From Candidatus Daviesbacteria bacterium (GTDB lineage: Bacteria; Patescibacteriota; Microgenomatia; Daviesbacterales; UBA10151), in NCBI GenBank assembly GCA_016187025.1, contig JACPKM010000001.1, positions 448,055-512,054 on the forward strand: a stretch of 64,000 nt of DNA, read 5' to 3'. Shown one piece after another: positions 20,137-30,182 of the stretch. The notes under the pieces were generated by a model. It made no database searches and was not told the DNA's origin. It was given only the letters and a program-made list of their open reading frames with translations. How positions within the stretch are numbered: the first letter of the stretch is position 1; each line of letters begins with the position of its first letter. The translations under genes and the position numbers were made by a program.

Positions 20137-23100
20137 AAGTGAAAAAGATTTTAGTATTAATTGTTGCCTTCTTAGTATTTGTCTCTCAAGTTTCAGTTGT
20201 CTTTGCTGCGGAGAACTCGTTTGTAAATATTGTAAACCCAATAAGAGGCAAAGATTTCTGGGATACTAAAAACCAAGATGTAGATACAGTAGTTAAGGGC
20301 CAAGTTGAAATATTAAATAAATATGATGCTCCCGCTACTTGGCTAATAAGGCCTGATGCACTAAATGATTCTAGAATCAAAGAGATATTAAATAAAAGAA
20401 AAACAGATGAAACGGGATTGTTTTTAGAGATTACCCCAACTTTAACTGATAAAGCTCAAGTCAGATATAGGCAAAGTAAGGATTGGCATAGTCCAGGAAG
20501 CGCTTTTTTAACAGGGTATGAACAAGAAGAGAGGAAAAAAATAATTGACACAGCTTTTGAAAGCTTTAAGCAGGTCTTCAATTATTATCCTAAATCAGTA
20601 GGAGCCTGGTGGATTGATGCATACTCACTGTCTTATATGTCTGATAAGTATCAGATCACTGCAGCCTTAATTGTTGCAGATCAATACTCAACTGATAACT
20701 ATCAAATATGGGGACAATATTGGGCTACACCTTATTATCCTTCAATTAAAAATGCTTTAATCCCAGCACAGCAAACGAGCGAAAAAATCCCGGTTGTTTT
20801 AACTCAGTGGGCAGCCCGGGATCCAATTAACGGATATGGAAAAGGGGTTGAGGAAAGTACATATAGTGTGCAGCTCAATGATTATATAGATTTTCATGAA
20901 CTGGGAATAGATTATTTCGCCTCACTTGTGGATATTTATACCAAACCTGGCTTTGACCAGTTTGGTCAAATCGTAGTTGGTTTGGAAAATACCTATTCAT
21001 GGGAAAAATATAAAATTGAGTATGACAAACAGATTAAGCTGCTTTCAGAAAAACAAAAGCAGGGGCAGTTTAGATTAGCTAAAATGACTGAGTTTTCTGA
21101 CTGGTACCAGTTTTCTTATCCCGAGATTTCTCCAATGCATATTATTTCAGCCAATGATCCTTTGGGTAGTGATAAAAAGGCTGTCTGGTTTATGAATCCA
21201 TATTACCGGGTAGGATGGTTTTATCAGAATCCTGGAAGCAGCATACAAGATATAAGACAATACATTTCCTCCTCAGAAGAGATTTGTTACTTAAGAGGAT
21301 GTGATAAGCTAAATTTTGCAACCTATACTACCCGGGTTTTGGATTATGTGACCTATGGTCACAACTGGTTGCTTGATCAAGGGCGGATTAAAGGTTTTAC
21401 CATCGGTAAAAATAACGGAAACTATACTTTAAGCTATACAAATGAAGCAGGGGATAAAAGAAATATTGAATTCCTTCCTAGAGATATTTTGCTAGATAGT
21501 AATGTTTATACAATAGATAAGGCTATATTAGAAATTACATCTTTAAAATCCTTTGATACAAAAAAGGACCAGTCGCATTTATTTAAACAGTCGCAAATAA
21601 AAGATGTATTAAACTTTTCACTAGTATTAAAGTTTGTTGTGTTTCTAGGGTTTGTTGTAATTGCACTTTTGATTCCCGGTTTAGTGTTTACAAGGAACAT
21701 AAAAGAATTGGATCTTCCCTTAAGAGTTTTTGTTTCTCTTACCTCTGGGTTAGTGGTGTTTACCATGGTTGGATATTTACTAGGGATGACTAAGCTGTAT
21801 TGGCTCAGCTTTGTTTATATACTGGCTTTTTTGATTCTTTTCCTTAAGTTTCGGATCTATAACGAATTTGCCAATGTAAAACCAGTCTTTAATAAGCTAA
21901 ACTTTGCCATTTTTTTAACTGTTATATTAGGAATCATTTTCCAAATAGCTCCTGTATTTAAAAGCGGTATCGTGTTTAAAGATGGAATGGGTTTCTGGGG
22001 TCCCAATGGCCATGATGGGGTATGGCATCTGGCGCTGATTAATCAGCTAATAAAAAACATTCCTCCGGAAAATCCTGTCTTTTCTGGAGAAGTGCTAAAA
22101 AATTATCACTTCTTTTACGATCTGTTAGTGGCCCTAACAGCCAAGTTAACTACACTATCTGTTAGCGATCTTCTTTTCAGGTTTTTCCCAATTATTTTTT
22201 CTTTACTTCTTGGAATAGGTACATATTATCTATTTAAGTTAATGTTCCAAAACTATTACAACAATAATCATTGGAAACTAGGGGCAATATTTTCACTACT
22301 ATTTGTTTACTTTGCCGGTAGTTTTGGTTGGATTGTAGAGTATTTTAAAAATAAAAGCTTAGGAGGCGAATCTGACTTTTGGATCAACCAACCTGTTTCC
22401 TTTAACCTTAATCCCCCGTTTGCAATTTCTCTAATAATATTTATAGCCTTTATAATCTTACTTAACTTTTTAGCCAAAGGCAGAGCCAAGCTGATTCTAC
22501 TGCTTTCTGTGCTTTCTGCCAGCTTAGTAGGCTTTAAGGCATATGGAGCTATTTTGATATTTTTGTCTTTGCTGCCCTTTGCCCTTTTTAGTATATTCAC
22601 AAGAAAAAGCTTTAATCTGTTTGCAGTTTTGGTATTTGGGTTGATAATCGGATTTTTAATATTTGCTTTAGGCTATAAATCTACCCAAGCCCTTATTGGC
22701 GCATCCTCCCAATCACTTTTTATTTTCTCTCCCTTCTGGTTTATTCACTCGATGCTTGATTCGCCAGATAGAGTTGGTCTAACCAGAATCACTTTAATGA
22801 GAATGGTAGGCTATGAGACAAGCAATTTATTAAAAATCATCACCTCAGAACTAATAGGTCTTGTTGTTTTTGTAGTTGGAAACCTGGGGTTGAGGTTTTT
22901 AGGTCTCCTTGTATTCTTTAGAAAATCATTATTTAAAAACTTCTTTTTTTCCGAAGGAAAACAGTCCAACGGTTTTTCCCGCGCAGCGGGACAGTCCAAC
23001 GGTTTATTTACTTATTCTATGTTTTTAGGATTAGTATCATTCATAATTCCTACTTTCTTTATTCAAACAGGTAATCCTTGGAATACCATTCAGTTTTCCT

Positions 23101-23705
23101 ACTATGGTTTATTCATTTTTGCTCTTTTTGCAGGATTTGAGTTATCAAGGCTTTTGACAAAGTTACCAAAAGTTTTTGCATACCCTTTATTAATTCTGAT
23201 TTTAATACTAACCCCTATTAATTCAATTACAACGGCTAAAGGGTATTTAATTAACGCTCCTCATGCTTATGTTAGTAGTGAAGAGCTTGAGGGGCTACAG
23301 ATTTTAAGCAAAAAAGATGAAGGAGTAGTTCTAATCTATCCTTATGACAAAAATATCAGGGATCAGTTTGGGGAGCCTTTACCCCTGTTTGCCTACGATA
23401 CTTCAGCATATATATCTGCACTTACAAATAAACCAACATTTTTATCAGATATATCCCAAAATGAGATATTACAGACAAGCTATGAAAAAAGACTTGTAAT
23501 AAATAATGACTTTTTTAGATACCTGAGCCCAACTGGTGGATCTTCAGAAAAGATTAAAAAAGCAGGAGAAGTCTTAAGGCAAAATAATATCAGATATATT
23601 TATCTTCTAAAAGAATATAAAATAAAGGTTGATGCAGATAAGCTAAACCTTAAGAAAATTTTTGAGAATAATTCAGTTGAGGTTTATGAAAGATTATTAA
23701 ATTAA
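20133..23705 (+). CDS. 1190-aa fusion: secreted putative carbohydrate-active barrel domain plus multi-TM GT-C-like domain
   Basis: N-terminal signal/anchor; about 470 aa soluble region (PATWL, GLFLE, FKQVFNYYPKSVGAWWID); C-terminal part homologous to 27188..29143 (FWG.NGHDGVWHLALI, P.NPVFSGE.L.NYHFF.D, GNLG.RFLG). Confidence 0.7.
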   Translation: MKVKKILVLIVAFLVFVSQVSVVFAAENSFVNIVNPIRGKDFWDTKNQDVDTVVKGQVEILNKYDAPATWLIRPDALNDSRIKEILNKRKTDETGLFLEITPTLTDKAQVRYRQSKDWHSPGSAFLTGYEQEERKKIIDTAFESFKQVFNYYPKSVGAWWIDAYSLSYMSDKYQITAALIVADQYSTDNYQIWGQYWATPYYPSIKNALIPAQQTSEKIPVVLTQWAARDPINGYGKGVEESTYSVQLNDYIDFHELGIDYFASLVDIYTKPGFDQFGQIVVGLENTYSWEKYKIEYDKQIKLLSEKQKQGQFRLAKMTEFSDWYQFSYPEISPMHIISANDPLGSDKKAVWFMNPYYRVGWFYQNPGSSIQDIRQYISSSEEICYLRGCDKLNFATYTTRVLDYVTYGHNWLLDQGRIKGFTIGKNNGNYTLSYTNEAGDKRNIEFLPRDILLDSNVYTIDKAILEITSLKSFDTKKDQSHLFKQSQIKDVLNFSLVLKFVVFLGFVVIALLIPGLVFTRNIKELDLPLRVFVSLTSGLVVFTMVGYLLGMTKLYWLSFVYILAFLILFLKFRIYNEFANVKPVFNKLNFAIFLTVILGIIFQIAPVFKSGIVFKDGMGFWGPNGHDGVWHLALINQLIKNIPPENPVFSGEVLKNYHFFYDLLVALTAKLTTLSVSDLLFRFFPIIFSLLLGIGTYYLFKLMFQNYYNNNHWKLGAIFSLLFVYFAGSFGWIVEYFKNKSLGGESDFWINQPVSFNLNPPFAISLIIFIAFIILLNFLAKGRAKLILLLSVLSASLVGFKAYGAILIFLSLLPFALFSIFTRKSFNLFAVLVFGLIIGFLIFALGYKSTQALIGASSQSLFIFSPFWFIHSMLDSPDRVGLTRITLMRMVGYETSNLLKIITSELIGLVVFVVGNLGLRFLGLLVFFRKSLFKNFFFSEGKQSNGFSRAAGQSNGLFTYSMFLGLVSFIIPTFFIQTGNPWNTIQFSYYGLFIFALFAGFELSRLLTKLPKVFAYPLLILILILTPINSITTAKGYLINAPHAYVSSEELEGLQILSKKDEGVVLIYPYDKNIRDQFGEPLPLFAYDTSAYISALTNKPTFLSDISQNEILQTSYEKRLVINNDFFRYLSPTGGSSEKIKKAGEVLRQNNIRYIYLLKEYKIKVDADKLNLKKIFENNSVEVYERLLN
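22947..23006. repeat. Tandem 2 x 30-nt unit: GNA-triloop hairpin plus conserved tail, inserted in frame
   Basis: ttttcc-GAA-ggaaaa-cagtccaacggtttt followed by tcccgc-GCA-gcggga-cagtccaacggttta. Confidence 0.85.
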
Positions 23706-25298
23706 ATGAAACTAAAAAACCCTTGGACAATACTTATTTCTATATTGATTTTTGCAGCATTTTTAAGAGGAGTAAACCTTTGGTCAAATCCTCCTGCTTT
23801 ATACGGAGATGAGCTAACTCTGGTTTATGATACCTACTCAATTTTAAAGACTGGCCAAGACCAACTGGGAAACTTCTTGCCCCTCACTTTCCCAATGGGA
23901 GCAGGTAGACCAGGTGGTTATATCTACTTTTCTCTGCCTTTTGTATTAGCATTTGGCCCATCAGAGTTGGGAATAAGAATGCTTTCGTTTCTGTCAGGAA
24001 TAGGAATAATAATACTCACCTTTTTTGTTTGCAGGAAACTTTTTTCTACTAAAGTAGCCCTAGCCAGTTCATTTTTGGCATCCATTTCTATATGGGAGAT
24101 TTCTCTTAGTAGGGGTGGGTTTGAAGCTCACTTTGCACTGTTTTTGGCTTTGCTTGGAGTATTTTCGCTTATAAAAGCATCACAAAAACCAATATTTTAT
24201 ATGCTTTCTGCAGCAAGCTTTGGCCTAACAGTTCATACTTACCCAACCTATAAACTAACCTTAGTTTTATTTTTACCACTGCTTTTATGGTTTTTAGGAT
24301 TCAAAAACTTTATTAAACAAAGGGATTTAAAATATATACTGCCTTCGTTACTACTTTTTATATTCTTTGTATTTTTATCTATCCTTCAAACATTTACTAC
24401 TGATTCAGAATACCGGCTATCTAAAATAAATGTTTTCTCCCAAGAAAAGGTAAGGGAGCAAATTATCCAGAAAATAAATTACGAAAGAAACATTAGCAAC
24501 TTGCCTTCCGCAATGACTAAAGTATTTCATAATAAACCAGTTGAGTATGGAAAAATTATCGGTGAAAATTATTTAAAAAACTTTTCAGCTGACTTTCTTT
24601 TTATTCATGGAGATAGAAACCCAAGACACAATATGGCTACTATGGGACAGTTGTATATAGCAGATATTGTATTGCTTCTTTTTGCTTTCCTTTTCATAAA
24701 AGATAAAGGTTACAAGTTAGTTACATTTTTGCTGCTGTGGGTAGGCATTGGAGCACTAGGGTCTATTTTTATTGATGAGCCTCATGCACTCAGAAATTCC
24801 TTTATGTTACCTCCTTTACTAATACTGTCTGGGTTCGGGGTTATTTCTTTCTGGGAAAATAATAAAGGTAAAAAAGGTTTAATCTGCAAATCAGTTTTAG
24901 CGGCAGTTTTAGTTACACAATTTGCCTTTTTTATTCAAAAACTATATTTTTTGTCACCTGATGAATACAGTCACTTTTGGTCATATCCTGCAAAGCAGGC
25001 CTCAGAAATTGCTTTATCTGAAAAAGACAATTTTAAATATATTCTTATCTCAGATAAAATTGACAACATTGAGTATGCTTACCCAGTGTATGCTAAAGCT
25101 GATCCCAATGAGGTAATTTCTCAAAACAAACAAAGGAAAAATCTGGCAGGCTATCAATTAAAAAAGATTGGGAATGTTTATATTGGTAATTTAACCTTAG
25201 ATAACATAGAACAACTGTTTGATCAGATTGAAGGAAACGCTTTATTTATTGGTAGCAGTATTGACCAGAAAGCAAATACTTTGGTACATAAAAAGTAA
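23706..25298 (+). CDS. ArnT/PMT_2-like GT-C glycosyltransferase
   Basis: PPALYGDE...YSILKTGQD..G...P, SRGGFEA, GDRNPRH, EPHALR. Confidence 0.8.
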   Translation: MKLKNPWTILISILIFAAFLRGVNLWSNPPALYGDELTLVYDTYSILKTGQDQLGNFLPLTFPMGAGRPGGYIYFSLPFVLAFGPSELGIRMLSFLSGIGIIILTFFVCRKLFSTKVALASSFLASISIWEISLSRGGFEAHFALFLALLGVFSLIKASQKPIFYMLSAASFGLTVHTYPTYKLTLVLFLPLLLWFLGFKNFIKQRDLKYILPSLLLFIFFVFLSILQTFTTDSEYRLSKINVFSQEKVREQIIQKINYERNISNLPSAMTKVFHNKPVEYGKIIGENYLKNFSADFLFIHGDRNPRHNMATMGQLYIADIVLLLFAFLFIKDKGYKLVTFLLLWVGIGALGSIFIDEPHALRNSFMLPPLLILSGFGVISFWENNKGKKGLICKSVLAAVLVTQFAFFIQKLYFLSPDEYSHFWSYPAKQASEIALSEKDNFKYILISDKIDNIEYAYPVYAKADPNEVISQNKQRKNLAGYQLKKIGNVYIGNLTLDNIEQLFDQIEGNALFIGSSIDQKANTLVHKK

Positions 25299-25301
25299 GC
25301 A

Positions 25302-26528
25302 ATGTTTCATATCTTAAAAGAACCCTTTTACATAAACCTTCTACTGCTTGCAATTTTATTCAGGCTTTTGGTAATGCCTTTTTATTTTCACCCAGATATA
25401 AAAACATTCAACTTCCAGTCGCATTTTTTAAAGAGTGGAGTAATAAATATTTACACATATTTATCTGACAACAAAGAAAAGTTACCTTTAAAAGAAGACT
25501 TTGCTTATTTTCCGTTAACATATTTTTTCTTGGGATTTTATCAGATCATTGCCTCACCTATACTTGGATCAGAGTTTCAAACTTGGCTAACAGACGCTTC
25601 GGTCTCATCTGTTGAAAGAATTGGAGTTTTCAGATATCTTTTTATACTCAAGCTGCCCTACTTAATCTTAGATTTATTAATTGCATTTTTGTTAGCTGGT
25701 CTTTTTAAAGATGCTCAAACAAGAAAAAAGGTGTTTACGTTTTGGTTGTTTAACCCATTCTCGTTTGTAACCGTATATTTGTTTAGTAATGTTGACATAT
25801 TTCCCGTATTTCTAATAGTACTGAGTTTGTATCTTGCCAGTAAAAAACGGATTTTCTTATCAGCAATAGCACTAGGATTAGGAGCAGGTTTTAAAGCCTT
25901 TCCCTTACTACTTGCCCCATTTTTATATCTTGAGGCAAAAACCAAAAAACAGAAAATATTTACAATTTTAGGTTCTGCCGTCCTTTTTGCTTTAATTATT
26001 GGTCCCTTTATCACCTCATCTAGTTTTCGGCAGTCAACTTTAACATCAGGACTTACAACCAGAATCATCTCTTACGGGGTAGATATAGGGTTTGGGGAGT
26101 TGCTGTTGCCATCTGTTGTTTTACTTTCATTACTTTTTTTATGGAGGATGCTAAATGTAAATATTGAACTGTGGAAAAACTATCTAATTTCTTTTTTGCT
26201 CGTTTTAACACTAATTCATTTTCATATTCACTGGCTGCTTTGGGTTATTCCTTTTATGGCAATTTTGTATGCAGTAGGAAATAAAAATGATCAGATACTA
26301 GTTTTATCATTTTTGATTTTATCATTTGCAATTCCTCTTTTATATTCAGATAAATTTATGAGTGTAGGACTAATAAGCGTTATAGATCCACTGTATGCAT
26401 CCTTACCTACACCAGCATCAGCAGTCAGTAGGATTTACAAACCAGAAGTTTTGCAAAGTGTTTTACACAGCATCATAGTGGCATTAGGCATTATTTTGTC
26501 TTGGAGGAGTTTAACTAAGAAAATATGA
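25302..26528 (+). CDS. GT87/PIG-M-like GT-C membrane glycosyltransferase
   Basis: FHPDI, YFPL.Y, LKLPYL..D, WLFNP, D..P, K.FP, HFH..WLLW; paralog of 33705. Confidence 0.7.
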   Translation: MFHILKEPFYINLLLLAILFRLLVMPFYFHPDIKTFNFQSHFLKSGVINIYTYLSDNKEKLPLKEDFAYFPLTYFFLGFYQIIASPILGSEFQTWLTDASVSSVERIGVFRYLFILKLPYLILDLLIAFLLAGLFKDAQTRKKVFTFWLFNPFSFVTVYLFSNVDIFPVFLIVLSLYLASKKRIFLSAIALGLGAGFKAFPLLLAPFLYLEAKTKKQKIFTILGSAVLFALIIGPFITSSSFRQSTLTSGLTTRIISYGVDIGFGELLLPSVVLLSLLFLWRMLNVNIELWKNYLISFLLVLTLIHFHIHWLLWVIPFMAILYAVGNKNDQILVLSFLILSFAIPLLYSDKFMSVGLISVIDPLYASLPTPASAVSRIYKPEVLQSVLHSIIVALGIILSWRSLTKKI

Positions 26529-27175
26529 AATTGACTTACTCGGCAATTTATCTTCCTGTAATACTGCTTTTAATCATACCTCTTGTCTTGTCTTTATTTT
26601 TAAACAATATCCCTAACGATTTTCAGCCATCTCTTACTACTACTCAACATATTTATCATGGTATGGATATAACTCAAGAGTTTGTCTCTGAAGATAATAA
26701 TTTAGTTGGAATTGGTATGAGCATAAAAAATCCATATTATAGAAACAGAAAAGATTTAATTTTTAGTCTGTTTTCTGCAGGAAAACAAGAGCTGAGAAGA
26801 GTAGTCTTGAACGGAAAAACAATTAAAGATGGAGAGTTTGTAGAAATTATTTTTGAACCAATAAAGGATGCAAAAAATAAAGATTTCATATTCAAAATGA
26901 GTGCACCCAACGTAGCTAGCCAAGAATCACTGGAGGTCTTCTTAACAAATAATAGCCCAAGTTGGAGTAAAAACTTTTTTGTTAAATCAGATATCCAGGA
27001 CACAGATGTTTCTTTCGTCACCCTACATGGATTTAATAATAGATTTGCTTTATATTTTGAAATAATAAAGGGTTGGATTGGAAGATTTTTTGCAGATACA
27101 ATCTTTTTTGCTTTTTACTGGATAAGTGTTTTAATTCTTATGATTTATTTAGTAGTAAAAAGTTTTTTTAGGTGA
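26525..27175 (+). CDS. Hypothetical membrane protein with extracytoplasmic beta-rich domain between two TM segments
   Basis: N- and C-terminal hydrophobic helices flank about 150 aa soluble region (ITQEF...L.GI.M); ATGA-coupled to upstream gene. Confidence 0.6.
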   Translation: MKLTYSAIYLPVILLLIIPLVLSLFLNNIPNDFQPSLTTTQHIYHGMDITQEFVSEDNNLVGIGMSIKNPYYRNRKDLIFSLFSAGKQELRRVVLNGKTIKDGEFVEIIFEPIKDAKNKDFIFKMSAPNVASQESLEVFLTNNSPSWSKNFFVKSDIQDTDVSFVTLHGFNNRFALYFEIIKGWIGRFFADTIFFAFYWISVLILMIYLVVKSFFR

Positions 27176-27187
27176 TTTATGTCGGAT

Positions 27188-29143
27188 TTAATTAACCGAC
27201 CAAACTTCTACCTCTTGGTTTTCGTATATTTTCTTCAAGCTACTTTTTTCTAAATCGAACTTAGGTTTTAGGACTTTAGGAAAGTATAGATAATTTATTT
27301 TTTTTTCACTCAATAACTCTTTGTTATACAAGCTGTCATCTAGATAAATCTGCTTTTGAATGTTTTGTCTTGGTTGGTATTCATACCCCATAATGTCTAC
27401 CTGTTCTGTGTCTGCAAAAAAGACCCGCCTTTTTGAGAAAGCAGCCACATAGCTTGTGTCAAACCAGTCCCAAATACTTGGAGGAGAAGTTTTTAAGTTT
27501 AAGTACTGGTTATAAGGAGGAGTAAGTAGTACTGAGTTTTTTGGAGTAGACTGTGATATATAGTTTAGCGCTTCAAGCTCTTGTTTTGATATTTTTGAAG
27601 TAGGCGGATTTTTATAAAAATCATAAATTAACCCTACTTGAGTAGGGACTGCAATAGCAATAATTATTGAGGATATTAATACTTTTAAAGCTAAGTTCAG
27701 CCTTTTCAAGAGGGAAGAAACTGTCACTCCGGCAATAATACCCATGAGTAAAAGGAAATATTGTAAAAATTGAATGGTGTTGCTGGCAACGCCTTTTTGT
27801 AAAAATATTAAAGGTAAAATAAGGGAAGTAAGTATGGTAAACAATAGCATCAATAAAAAGTAATCAGCGAAAACTTGCTTAATCTTTTTTATCAAATACC
27901 AAAATCCTAAAAAACGTATACCCAAGTTTCCAAAAAGAAAAATCAAAAATCCAGTTGTCTCTATTTGGATCACTCTTTTCCAATTATTTTCAGCAATATA
28001 GGTTTGTCTTCTTAGCTCTAAATCAAGCCAGTTAAGTTTATCGGTGGATACAATCATCGTTCTGATAAACCACCAAGGTTCATAAATTAAAAAGTTTTGT
28101 GACTGGGAGCTATTTGGTAAATAAAGTAAAGCAGAAAGGAGTCCACTAGGAATCAAAATTTTAAATATGTTTACCCGTTTAGATTTTATCAGCTGCCATA
28201 TTCCTACTAAACCAAGGCTTAGGAAAATAACCACTCCTCCATAAACCTTGAAAACAGGTAAGGTACTGATAAGTAAAATAAGCATCAATGAATTAACCAA
28301 TCTCTGCTCCTTAATGTAAAAGTATAAAAGGATAAAAATTGTTAGAACTAAAATAGAGGCAATAATCTGCGGAGGATTACCAATAGTGCTTTGGATCTGA
28401 GAACTCCAGAAAATACCTTCTCCACCTATGCCTCTGTCTTGAATTATGGTAACTATATATCCAAAACTTCCTGCAAAGTAAGTAAATATTACTGTCCAAA
28501 TACCGGAAGAGAAGGTTTTACCAATTATGCGCCCTAAGCTAAAAGCAGCTGATCCAAGCAGGAAAGAGTATAACAGGGGAAAAAATCTAAAGTACAAATC
28601 AAGCGGATTGAGATCGAAGTACTTGTTAAAAAAAGCAGGAGTAATATCAGAAAAGAAATGGTAATTCACAAGTCTTTCTCCTGCAAAAACTGGATTTTGT
28701 AGTGGGAAACCCCTTTTTATTTCTTCCATTAAAGCAATGTGCCAAGCTCCATCATGTCCATGTGCGCTCCAAAAAACCAAATCATTGCCTAAAGAAATAC
28801 CGCTGGGGGCAATTATAGCCATCTGTCCAGCAATGCCTACTAAAAAGATAAAAAGCAGTATTATAAGCTTGTTTATATTCAGTTCTTTTAAGGCTTTAAT
28901 ATTTTGAAGCAGTTCTTTTCTAGTCAAAAGTAGACTTCCACCTAGTAAAAAGGGTAAAAACGCTATTTTGAGGATTAAGGCGGTATATGAAAGTACAGTA
29001 AATAAAATAAACCCAACTAGGACACTTAAAGTATATTTTTCTACAGGATGAAGATTTAAGTTAGCTTTGCTGAGGATATATAAACCAGGACACAAAAAAA
29101 AGATAAAAGTAACAAATAAGAAAATTAAAAAACCTGCGATCAT
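27188..29143 (-). CDS. Multi-TM GT-C-like protein, paralog of the C-terminal part of 20133..23705
   Basis: FWSAHGHDGAWHIALM, PLQNPVFAGERLVNYHFFSD, YFAGSFG, NPP, FKVYG, GNLGIRFLG, NTIQF, TSYVAAFS.R. Confidence 0.7.
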   Translation of the reverse strand: MIAGFLIFLFVTFIFFLCPGLYILSKANLNLHPVEKYTLSVLVGFILFTVLSYTALILKIAFLPFLLGGSLLLTRKELLQNIKALKELNINKLIILLFIFLVGIAGQMAIIAPSGISLGNDLVFWSAHGHDGAWHIALMEEIKRGFPLQNPVFAGERLVNYHFFSDITPAFFNKYFDLNPLDLYFRFFPLLYSFLLGSAAFSLGRIIGKTFSSGIWTVIFTYFAGSFGYIVTIIQDRGIGGEGIFWSSQIQSTIGNPPQIIASILVLTIFILLYFYIKEQRLVNSLMLILLISTLPVFKVYGGVVIFLSLGLVGIWQLIKSKRVNIFKILIPSGLLSALLYLPNSSQSQNFLIYEPWWFIRTMIVSTDKLNWLDLELRRQTYIAENNWKRVIQIETTGFLIFLFGNLGIRFLGFWYLIKKIKQVFADYFLLMLLFTILTSLILPLIFLQKGVASNTIQFLQYFLLLMGIIAGVTVSSLLKRLNLALKVLISSIIIAIAVPTQVGLIYDFYKNPPTSKISKQELEALNYISQSTPKNSVLLTPPYNQYLNLKTSPPSIWDWFDTSYVAAFSKRRVFFADTEQVDIMGYEYQPRQNIQKQIYLDDSLYNKELLSEKKINYLYFPKVLKPKFDLEKSSLKKIYENQEVEVWSVN

Positions 29144-29250
29144 GACTTATTTTAGCCACTTTATTATTACACGTTCTGATTATGTGCGAAAGCTGCATTT
29201 TTTAAAAGACTAACCTGGTTTGTTATTGAAGATAAGATTTTCAGGTTCTC

Positions 29251-29279
29251 TTGATTTAATAGCTAATTCAAACTAAGAT
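29251..29279 (+). promoter_or_regulatory. Putative sigma70 promoter (leaderless-type)
   Basis: TTGATT-17nt-TAAGAT; GTG 29286 follows 6 nt later. Confidence 0.55.
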
Positions 29280-29285
29280 TTAGAT

Positions 29286-30182
29286 GTGGATAAAAAGATT
29301 TCGGTAGTAATTAATACCTTAAATGAGGAAAAGAACTTAGAAAGGGTTCTAAAGTCGGTAAAATGGGCTGATGAGATAGTGGTGGTTGATATGCACTCTC
29401 AGGATAAAACCGTCCAAATTGCCAAAAGCTTTGGGGCTAAAGTGTATAACTGCCAAAAAAGTGACTTTGTAGAGCCGGCCCGTAACTTTGCTATTTCAAA
29501 AGCTTCTAATCAATGGGTAATGATTGTGGATGCAGATGAAGAAATTGGCGATAGGTTAAAAGTTAAATTAAGAGAATTAGTAAATACTGATAACGTAGAA
29601 TACGTTAGAATTCCAAGAAAGAACCTAATCTTTGGGAAATGGATGAAAGCTACTGGTTGGTGGCCAGACTATAATATCCGTTTTTTTAAAAAAGGATTGG
29701 TAGTTTGGTCTGATAAGATTCATATACCTCCCCAATCTCAAGGCCAGGGTGTGGACTTACCCGCAGAAGAGGCGCTTGCCATAATCCATTACCATTATGA
29801 GTCAATGACTCAGTATTTAGAAAGATTAAATAGATACACAACTATACAAGCAAGGGAGATTAACAAAAATGGATACCAATTTAGCTGGTCAGATTTAATC
29901 AAAAAGCCGATGGAGGAGTTTTTAGGTAGGTTCTTTGCTCAAAGAGGATATGAAGATGGTTTGCACGGATTATCTCTTAGTATTTTGCAAGCCTTTTCTT
30001 TTTTTGTAGTTTATCTGAAGCTATGGGAGATGGATAAGTTTACGATACAAGAAATCAAGTTGAAAGAATTGAAAGATCTATCAAACCAGTGTCAAAAGGA
30101 TCTTGATTATTGGTTTAGATACTCAAGACTATCTAAAAACCCCTTAAAAAGATTGGTCCAAAGGATTTCCAACAAGCTATGA
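29286..30182 (+). CDS. GT2 glycosyltransferase (KdtX/WaaE-like)
   Basis: ISVVI.TLNEE, VVDMHS.D.T, RNFA, DADE, WWPD..IRFF, H, RYT, G..DG.HG. Confidence 0.88.
   Translation: MDKKISVVINTLNEEKNLERVLKSVKWADEIVVVDMHSQDKTVQIAKSFGAKVYNCQKSDFVEPARNFAISKASNQWVMIVDADEEIGDRLKVKLRELVNTDNVEYVRIPRKNLIFGKWMKATGWWPDYNIRFFKKGLVVWSDKIHIPPQSQGQGVDLPAEEALAIIHYHYESMTQYLERLNRYTTIQAREINKNGYQFSWSDLIKKPMEEFLGRFFAQRGYEDGLHGLSLSILQAFSFFVVYLKLWEMDKFTIQEIKLKELKDLSNQCQKDLDYWFRYSRLSKNPLKRLVQRISNKL

Noticed and set aside
22947-23006. CRISPR mini-array or intrinsic terminator
   Set aside because: Only two units with 15-nt constant parts, no cas genes, and it lies inside an open frame; reported instead as a hairpin repeat.
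29144-29285. Largest intergenic gap as a possible ncRNA or tRNA
   Set aside because: No cloverleaf or stable structure seen; explained by divergent promoters.
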